Source: Candidatus Bathyarchaeota archaeon (GTDB lineage Archaea; Thermoproteota; Bathyarchaeia; Bathyarchaeales; Bathycorpusculaceae). Taken from it: a stretch of 64,000 nt of DNA. The position numbers and the translations under genes are program-made. The notes beneath the pieces were generated by a model, which did not search any database, was not told the origin of the DNA, and saw only the letters and a list, made by a program, of their open reading frames with translations. This document shows positions 57,719 through 64,000 of the stretch, piece by piece; position 1 is the stretch's first letter, and each line of letters opens with the position of its first letter. Location: the NCBI GenBank assembly GCA_963833575.1, contig CAWHXY010000004.1, positions 96,001 through 160,000 of the forward strand. The letters run 5' to 3'.

Positions 57719-57817
57719 ATGTTTGGAATAATTGAATTAGTCTCAATAGCTGCAATAGTTGGTTCATTCGCCTTCGTAGTATACAACATCAGATTAGAAC
57801 TCAAAATCAAGGCATAA
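57719..57817 (+). CDS. 32-aa single-TM peptide (not in ORF track)
   Basis: GGTGA RBS, TTTATAT box upstream; MFGIIELVSIAAIVGSFAFVVYNIRLELKIKA. Confidence 0.55.
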   Translation: MFGIIELVSIAAIVGSFAFVVYNIRLELKIKA

Positions 57818-57864
57818 TACAGGAAACTAGTGCACTTCATTTAAACTAGCTAAGATGAGAAAAC

Positions 57865-58057
57865 ATGGAAAACATGCAATTTAGAAACATTAACGAAGCA
57901 TTAAGGTATATAACTCATAAAGCAAAAGCCTATCCTAGCGATATTGCTTATTATTCATCGGAAGAGTACCAAAAAAATTTATCCTGAGCTATGCCGCTTG
58001 AACCGCTTACTCCAAGCTGCATATACTATTCATCATTACGACGGAATCACGCCTTAA
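57865..58057 (+). pseudogene. Small gene frameshifted in an A7 run
   Basis: MENMQFRNINEALRY...SSEEYQK / IYPELCRLNRLL...*; one extra A at 57971-57977. Confidence 0.35.
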
Positions 58058-58330
58058 ACAAAAAAAATTGCTTGATTTCTGAAATGGTTAGAGTACTAAC
58101 GTTAAGATACCAAACATCTAATACAGCTAACAGAGTCCTATTTTGTTACCGGTTCGCCGGAAATATTAGAATTGATCTTTCGCCTGTGAATTAAGGTATT
58201 TTCACAATAGGGGTACCCTGGAGCAAGATAATCGAAAAACATGTAGCAATCATGGAAAGTCTTTTGGGAGAGTTTTATAGCTTGGGTTTTTAAGGAAGAC
58301 AATATTAGATGATTCAAAGGTGTTGCTAGC

Positions 58331-58771
58331 TTGGAGCCAAGCGAAGAACTTAACGCATCAACTTTCCAAACTTACATGTATCTTGTAAAAGTTGGGAGAC
58401 CTGTTGGCCCAAGAGATGTTATGCGTGGAGCTAACCTTAGCAGCCCAAGCGTCGCGTACAGAAATCTGCAGAAGCTTATTGATTTAGGCGTGGTAGTTAA
58501 GGACGAATACAACAACTACGTGGTCAAAGAAAAAGTAACCAAGAAGGGTTACGTTTGGGTCGGGAAGACACTAATGCCGAGCTTTGTCATCATTGGTTTC
58601 ATTTTCGTCGGCATCCTAATCGCAGAGATTGCAATCCTGGTTCCCCATTTGCTTGTAGGAGCACCAATTCAAGAGTCATTTTGGTTTTGGATATTGACTA
58701 CAATTGTTGCCGCCTCGGTTTTCCTATTTGAAGCAATCCGGTTTAGGATGAAATCGAAAACTAACCTCTAA
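58331..58771 (+). CDS. Winged-helix regulator with two C-terminal TM helices
   Basis: GPRDVMRGANLSSPSVAYRNLQKL plus two TMs. Confidence 0.85.
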   Translation: MEPSEELNASTFQTYMYLVKVGRPVGPRDVMRGANLSSPSVAYRNLQKLIDLGVVVKDEYNNYVVKEKVTKKGYVWVGKTLMPSFVIIGFIFVGILIAEIAILVPHLLVGAPIQESFWFWILTTIVAASVFLFEAIRFRMKSKTNL

Positions 58772-58827
58772 AGGCGACGCCTTCTAGTTATTGGAACATT
58801 TTTCTGACTAAAGACACAAAATGTTAA

Positions 58828-60111
58828 ATGCAAATTTTCAATATATTTTGTGAAAGAACAAGTTGTAAAGGAAAAGAAAACTTGAAGAGCCTATTAGCGG
58901 TTACGTTTGCTACAATCTTGTTTTTGTTCATTTTTTCAGCGCTCGCTTCTACGGTGACTGCTCTACAAGATTCAAGAGATTGGCCCATGTTCCGTGCGGA
59001 CCCATCTCACAGTGGAGTTGGAATGGGCAATCCAGTGTTAACCGCTACCGTGCTCTGGAATTATTCAACTGGCGGTCAAATCTATTCATCTCCAGCAGTC
59101 GTTGGTGGTGTGGTTTACATTGGCTCCTTAAACGGCAACATCTATGCGCTTAAGGCTAATACTGGGACAAAGCTGTGGACTTACACTACGGGTGGTCCAG
59201 TTTATTCTTGTCCCGCTATTTCTAGCGGCGTTGTCTATGTAGGCTCGGCTGACGACAAAGTTTACGGCCTAAACGCGACCAGCGGCGACAAATTTTGGAG
59301 TTTCACAACGGGCAACGAGGTAGATTCATCTCCAGCCGTGGTAAACGGCGTTGTCTACGTAGGATCATACGACGACAATGTCTATGCATTAAACACCACT
59401 GATGGGGCAAAACTCTGGGTTTTCAGCACCTCCGCCCCAATTTGGTCCTCTCCCGCTGTTGTTGCAGGAGTGGTTTACATAGGCTCAACTGACGGCAACA
59501 CTTACGCATTAAATGCCTCTAGCGGCAACAGACTTTGGAATTATACTAACGGCTACGCAACTGAATCATCACCTACTGTTATAGGAGGATTCGTTTATAC
59601 CGGTTACGAGAACGGTAGCGTTTATGATTTAGATGCAACTAACGGCGCACAAGTCTGGAGCTTCCCCACAGGCAACATTATTAAATCCTCTCCTGCCGTT
59701 GCTGACGGCGTGGTTTACATCGGCTCTTTAGATCACAATATTTATGCCTTGAATGCTACTAACGGAGCAAAAATTTGGAATTATACCACCGATGGCACCG
59801 TTTATTCAGCTCCGGCACTAATTGATGGCATATTATACATGGGTTCCCAAGATGGAAACATTTATTCTCTAAACGCCACAAACGGGGATAAGCTTTGGAG
59901 CTACAAAACTGACGGTTTCATTGAATCGTCCCCTGCTGTCGTCGGAGGAGTAGTTTATGTAGGCTCTCTAGATAGTAATGTTTACGCGTTGACTAGTCCA
60001 GCCAAGACGTCTAACGAATTATTGGCTATTATTGTTGCCGTAATCTTAGTCGTTATTGTTGCCTTTCTAGCAGTCTTCATTATTTTTAGAAAAGGGCATA
60101 GAACTTGTTGA
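58828..60111 (+). CDS. PQQ-like (BamB) beta-propeller surface protein; start probably TTG 58882
   Basis: DWPMFR; eight SSPAV-xx-GVVYIGS-x-D-xx-YALNA repeats; C-terminal TM. Confidence 0.92.
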   Translation: MQIFNIFCERTSCKGKENLKSLLAVTFATILFLFIFSALASTVTALQDSRDWPMFRADPSHSGVGMGNPVLTATVLWNYSTGGQIYSSPAVVGGVVYIGSLNGNIYALKANTGTKLWTYTTGGPVYSCPAISSGVVYVGSADDKVYGLNATSGDKFWSFTTGNEVDSSPAVVNGVVYVGSYDDNVYALNTTDGAKLWVFSTSAPIWSSPAVVAGVVYIGSTDGNTYALNASSGNRLWNYTNGYATESSPTVIGGFVYTGYENGSVYDLDATNGAQVWSFPTGNIIKSSPAVADGVVYIGSLDHNIYALNATNGAKIWNYTTDGTVYSAPALIDGILYMGSQDGNIYSLNATNGDKLWSYKTDGFIESSPAVVGGVVYVGSLDSNVYALTSPAKTSNELLAIIVAVILVVIVAFLAVFIIFRKGHRTC

Positions 60112-60137
60112 AATTACAGCTCTAGTCTATAGCTGGT

Positions 60138-60174
60138 GTTCCATCTTTGGAACGTTTTGTTCCATGTGTAGAAC
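60138..60174. promoter_or_regulatory. Double 16-bp palindromic operator
   Basis: GTTCCATCTTTGGAAC-N5-GTTCCATGTGTAGAAC. Confidence 0.78.
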
Positions 60175-60207
60175 TAAGAGTTAGCTGTTGCATTCTTAGC
60201 TTGTAAG

Positions 60208-60951
60208 GTGGTAAGAATGCAAAAAGAAAAATTATCCGGGCAAACAAAGAACAAAATTAAGTCTGCTCTTCTGGTTGCTGTAGTAACCGTAATTATTGGT
60301 TTTTTCATGTATTACTTCACTTTTACATCGGTTGGATACAACAATTGGCAATTTGTAATCATGAATATTGTTCTCTTCAGCGTTTTCTTTTTGCTCGCAG
60401 GCTTCCGAAGAAAACTCAACCGGTTACCCAATAGCGTCTATGTAGCTTTCATCGTTGCATTGTTCGCAGAAATGTATGGCATTCCATTAACAATGTACTT
60501 TTTCATGGGCATCTTCGGCTACAACAAAATCTTCAGCCTTGAATTCCTTCTCACCCAAGTGACGGGACAACAGCCTTTCTACATAGTATATCACTATTGG
60601 GTCTTTCCTGCCTCTAAAATAATAATTGGTGCAGGCATGCTCTTGGTAATTTTCGGCTGGTACCAAATCTTCCAAGCCAAAGGAAAACTGGTAACCACTG
60701 GACTCTACAAGTACACTCGCAACCCCCAATACCTTGGATTTCTTATGATAACCGGCGGCTTAAACGTTCAATGGTTGACAATCATTACAACAGCAATTTG
60801 GCCGATTCTAGCAGTCCTGTATTATCGCCTGTCAAAGATTGAGGAAAAAGAATCCGAGGCAAAATACGGCGCAGAATTCACTCAATACAAACGCACGATA
60901 CCCCGATTTATTCCTCGACTAAGAACAAAACTGCAAAACAAAGAGGGATAA
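60208..60951 (+). CDS. ICMT/PEMT-family membrane methyltransferase
   Basis: LVTTGLYKYTRNPQYLG, EEK...YG...Y...PRFIP. Confidence 0.88.
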   Translation: MVRMQKEKLSGQTKNKIKSALLVAVVTVIIGFFMYYFTFTSVGYNNWQFVIMNIVLFSVFFLLAGFRRKLNRLPNSVYVAFIVALFAEMYGIPLTMYFFMGIFGYNKIFSLEFLLTQVTGQQPFYIVYHYWVFPASKIIIGAGMLLVIFGWYQIFQAKGKLVTTGLYKYTRNPQYLGFLMITGGLNVQWLTIITTAIWPILAVLYYRLSKIEEKESEAKYGAEFTQYKRTIPRFIPRLRTKLQNKEG

Positions 60952-60954
60952 ATT

Positions 60955-62247
60955 TTGGTCAATCCTTCAAAAAAACAGAGATATGCCGTAATTGCCTCAA
61001 TAGTGATTGCAATGCTTTTGGCTTCTATAATTGTCGCATTCGCTATCTCTTGTCAAGCACCAACTACCAATGCTCTTAATGCTCAAGGAATAATTGACAA
61101 AATAAATTTAAAAACCCCCGGAGGTTATTACGGCGCAGCCTATGATTCTGCTAAAGGAGAGGTATTCGTTACCAATGCGGATTACAGTTCGGTTTCCGTG
61201 ATATCGGACAACAACAATACTGTGGTTGCCAAAATACCTGTAGGAAACTTACCTCTTGGCGTAATCTACGATTCTGGCAAAAACGAGATATTTGTTGCCA
61301 ACTATGCTTCCGATTCAGTCTCAGTCATATCGGACACTAATAATACTATAGTCGCAAACATAACTGTAGGAAGTCAACCTTCTGGGCTAGCTTATGATTT
61401 CGGAAAGGGAGAAGTTTTTGTAGCCAATAGATTTGACAACACGGTTTCGGTGATATCTGACAGCAATAACAGCGTACTTGCAACAGCAAGTGTAGGAAAT
61501 AGCCCTTATAATCTGGCCTACGACTCTGTTAAGAGCGAGATTTTTGTGATTAATTATGGCAATAATACGGTTTCAATTATTTCGGATAACACAAACAACG
61601 TTGTTGCTACCATAACTGTGGGGAATAATCCCTATTCTGCAGCATATGATTCGGGCATGGGTGAAATCTTTGTGACTAATTACAATTCAAGTTCAATCTC
61701 GGTGATATCGGATAGCAACAACAGTGTTGTTGCTAAAATAACCTCATTAAACCAACCCTTTGGTTGCATTTATGATTCTAGTAAGGGGGAGATATTCGTA
61801 GTAAACTATCATTCGATTGCAGTCATATCCGATAGCAACAACACCATAGTTGCAAACATACCCTCAGAAATCCAATCTCAAAGCATAACATATGATTCGG
61901 GCAAAGGAGAGATATTTGTACCCCATTCTGAACACGGTACTTTATCAGTGATATCTGATTCCTTGGGCGCCACTGTATCGCCAAGTTCAATTACGATGGC
62001 AGCCTTGCAAAATCAGGATCCTACCCTTAAACCCTTGTCTCCGCAGTCAACGCCTTCTCCTAATTCAACATCCACGCAATTCGCCCAACCCAAAAACTAT
62101 GAAACGAAAACTCTTGCAGGCTACTACCTGATTTTATCAGCGGCTATAGCAGTCGCTACACTGATTGTTATCGTCATAATCTCAATTATTAAGCGAAGCA
62201 ACTTAATTTCCCCTGACAAAACACCCCCTCAAAATAGCGATGATTAA
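60955..62247 (+). CDS. YVTN/YncE beta-propeller surface protein
   Basis: Repeats of YDSGKGEIFVxN...SVISDxNN; N- and C-terminal TMs. Confidence 0.9.
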   Translation: MVNPSKKQRYAVIASIVIAMLLASIIVAFAISCQAPTTNALNAQGIIDKINLKTPGGYYGAAYDSAKGEVFVTNADYSSVSVISDNNNTVVAKIPVGNLPLGVIYDSGKNEIFVANYASDSVSVISDTNNTIVANITVGSQPSGLAYDFGKGEVFVANRFDNTVSVISDSNNSVLATASVGNSPYNLAYDSVKSEIFVINYGNNTVSIISDNTNNVVATITVGNNPYSAAYDSGMGEIFVTNYNSSSISVISDSNNSVVAKITSLNQPFGCIYDSSKGEIFVVNYHSIAVISDSNNTIVANIPSEIQSQSITYDSGKGEIFVPHSEHGTLSVISDSLGATVSPSSITMAALQNQDPTLKPLSPQSTPSPNSTSTQFAQPKNYETKTLAGYYLILSAAIAVATLIVIVIISIIKRSNLISPDKTPPQNSDD

Positions 62248-62341
62248 AATGGAACCTCGAGGAGCAACTAATTTTTTCATGATTCGCATCCCTCAATCCG
62301 CAAATTGTCTTCGCTCAATAAAACGTTCTGGGTGAGGACAC

Positions 62342-63937
62342 ATTAAACAGCGAACCCTTGTTTGCTTCGTTATTGCAGTTATAATCGCCCTTTATCTTGT
62401 TAACATTGATTTTATTCGGCCAGCCAGCTCTTGTTATGGTCCATGCATAACCGCTAACATTGACAAGACCCAAGTGAACATTAACGGAACTGTCACGATA
62501 ACTGGACAAGTGTGCCCTCCTGCACAAAATATTACAGTTGAAGTAATTTATACACGACCCGATTACACTTTTATTCAACAATATGTTATTGCTAACCCGA
62601 AAACTGGCAATTTCTCTGTTACTCAAAAGCTTGACATGATTGGTTACTGGAACATTTTCGCTCTGAATGGCGCTATTCTCGATAGATTGTTTGTGGTGGT
62701 AATAGACCCAACGAATCCTAATGCGTCTGAACCTACTCCAACAGTTCCATTGAAAGTTAACTCTAATTATTCACTTTTGGGCGCAACTGGAGCCTTGCTA
62801 AGCGTAGGCATAATCGGAGTAGTCTATGGTGTGAAAAGAAAGACTATAAAAATTAGCTCCATCAGACTACTTGTACAAATTGGTTTGCTCTTTTTAATTT
62901 TCTTCGGCGTTTTCGTTGAAGGCCACTATCCAATACCAGCGGCAACAGTCAGTCCTCATGAAGCCTTAGTTGCAACCAACGCTTTGGGCGTGCAAATGCC
63001 CGATGGAATACCAGCACCCTTCCTTTCTTGTTACTTTCCTTGTGGAAAAACCGTAACATGCGCTCTTTGGGAACTTCAAACATACATTTACCCATTCTTT
63101 AACACTGGAAGTGGCTGGGGCGTCCAGTATTCTTCAACAGGCATCGAACGATTAGGCATTGTTTTGGGAGTAATAATTGTGGCTGGAGTGCTTTTAGGCA
63201 GGCTGTTTTGTGGCTGGGTATGTCCGTTCGGCTTATATTTGGATTTGGTAACCCGAATAAGAAAAGCGCTTAAAGTTAGACGGCGTAACCTTTCGCCCAA
63301 GTTTAGCGAAAGATTTCACCAATTAGGCTACCTTATTTTAGCGCTTATTATCATTGTAAGCGTACTTTTTGCTTCTCAAGCGATTGCTGGCATCCAACTC
63401 GTACCTGGAACTCAAAAAGAAGGCTTCGTCTGGAACTATTTTTCAGCGCCGTTTTGCCAAGTTTGCCCCATGAAACCGTTATGCGTTTTGGTGGAAATCG
63501 GTGTGGGCATAATGCCGCCCTCACACGCTACTCAAACCACAACTGGTTTGCTAGACACGCTTGGTTACTATCTCACGTCAATTAACTTGCTAATACTATT
63601 ATTAGTAACGGCAGCTGCATTCTTCATCAGACGTTCATGGTGTCGGGTTTGTCCTCTTGGCGCTTTGATGGCATTGTTTAACAGGTTTCCGCCATTCAAA
63701 TGGATTTCAGGTGTACGCTTAAACAAGCAAGGTGAAAAATGTAAAAACTGTGGTATCTGCAAGCAAGTTTGTCCTACCCAAGTCAAAAGTATATACGAGC
63801 AAAAAATTGGAGATGTTGCAGACTCACAATGTATATGGTGTTTAAGGTGTGTCGAAATGTGTCCATACGAGGATTGCCTGCAGTTTAAGTTTGCTAGTAA
63901 AACAATTGTTAAATCAAGAGACTGGTTAAGCCAATAG
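62342..63937 (+). CDS. NapH/MauN/YccM-like polyferredoxin membrane protein with N-terminal extracellular Ig-like domain (track start 62474; probable ATT start 62342)
   Basis: GRLFCGWVCPFG, FCQVCP, WCRVCPLG, two CxxCxxCxxxCP motifs; upstream in-frame signal peptide. Confidence 0.88.
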   Translation: MKQRTLVCFVIAVIIALYLVNIDFIRPASSCYGPCITANIDKTQVNINGTVTITGQVCPPAQNITVEVIYTRPDYTFIQQYVIANPKTGNFSVTQKLDMIGYWNIFALNGAILDRLFVVVIDPTNPNASEPTPTVPLKVNSNYSLLGATGALLSVGIIGVVYGVKRKTIKISSIRLLVQIGLLFLIFFGVFVEGHYPIPAATVSPHEALVATNALGVQMPDGIPAPFLSCYFPCGKTVTCALWELQTYIYPFFNTGSGWGVQYSSTGIERLGIVLGVIIVAGVLLGRLFCGWVCPFGLYLDLVTRIRKALKVRRRNLSPKFSERFHQLGYLILALIIIVSVLFASQAIAGIQLVPGTQKEGFVWNYFSAPFCQVCPMKPLCVLVEIGVGIMPPSHATQTTTGLLDTLGYYLTSINLLILLLVTAAAFFIRRSWCRVCPLGALMALFNRFPPFKWISGVRLNKQGEKCKNCGICKQVCPTQVKSIYEQKIGDVADSQCIWCLRCVEMCPYEDCLQFKFASKTIVKSRDWLSQ

Positions 63938-64000
63938 CAAGGTCTGTTTTCAATAGTACTTTTGTGGTTTGCTTAGAGATCTTGGTTTAGATGTTCCAAC

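Noticed and set aside
59040-59990. Nucleotide repeats of about 120 bp here and about 126 bp in 61130-61960
   Set aside because: They are coding beta-propeller blade repeats (PQQ-like and YVTN)
2549-63786. Many short ORFs antisense to or nested in well-supported genes (e.g. 2549-2794, 9463-9789, 22433-22777, 51577-52068)
   Set aside because: Shadow frames without recognisable motifs or RBS

Overview
Archaeal chromosomal DNA, most consistent with Bathyarchaeia (TACK): TBP, Spt5, Alba, a Cren7-like protein, archaeal uL1/uL10/uL11, DTD2, GGTGA-type ribosome-binding sites and NosD-type surface proteins. Core genes (mtaB, cysS, rnz, trm11, prs, lhr, tbp, pyrE, larA, secE-spt5-uL11-uL1-uL10, dtdA, argF, tRNA-Arg) alternate with accessory or decayed stretches at about 0.4-9 kb, 11.5-23.6 kb, 44.4-47.4 kb and 54.1-64 kb. 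Main unexplained signals: (1) a dispersed non-coding element with a conserved core and locus-specific 10-bp-period arrays, in tandem pairs about 196 bp apart at 10.1-10.4 kb and 36.9-37.3 kb; (2) three tandem hairpins with compensatory stems after argF; (3) both usual ftsZ positions lack ftsZ, and a cdrS-like gene is instead coupled to a 95-aa protein that may keep only an FtsZ tail; (4) a double 16-bp palindromic operator shared by envelope genes 44 kb apart; (5) ATT/CTG start-codon candidates and several small unlisted ORFs. All family calls come from motif recognition by eye; no database searches were run.
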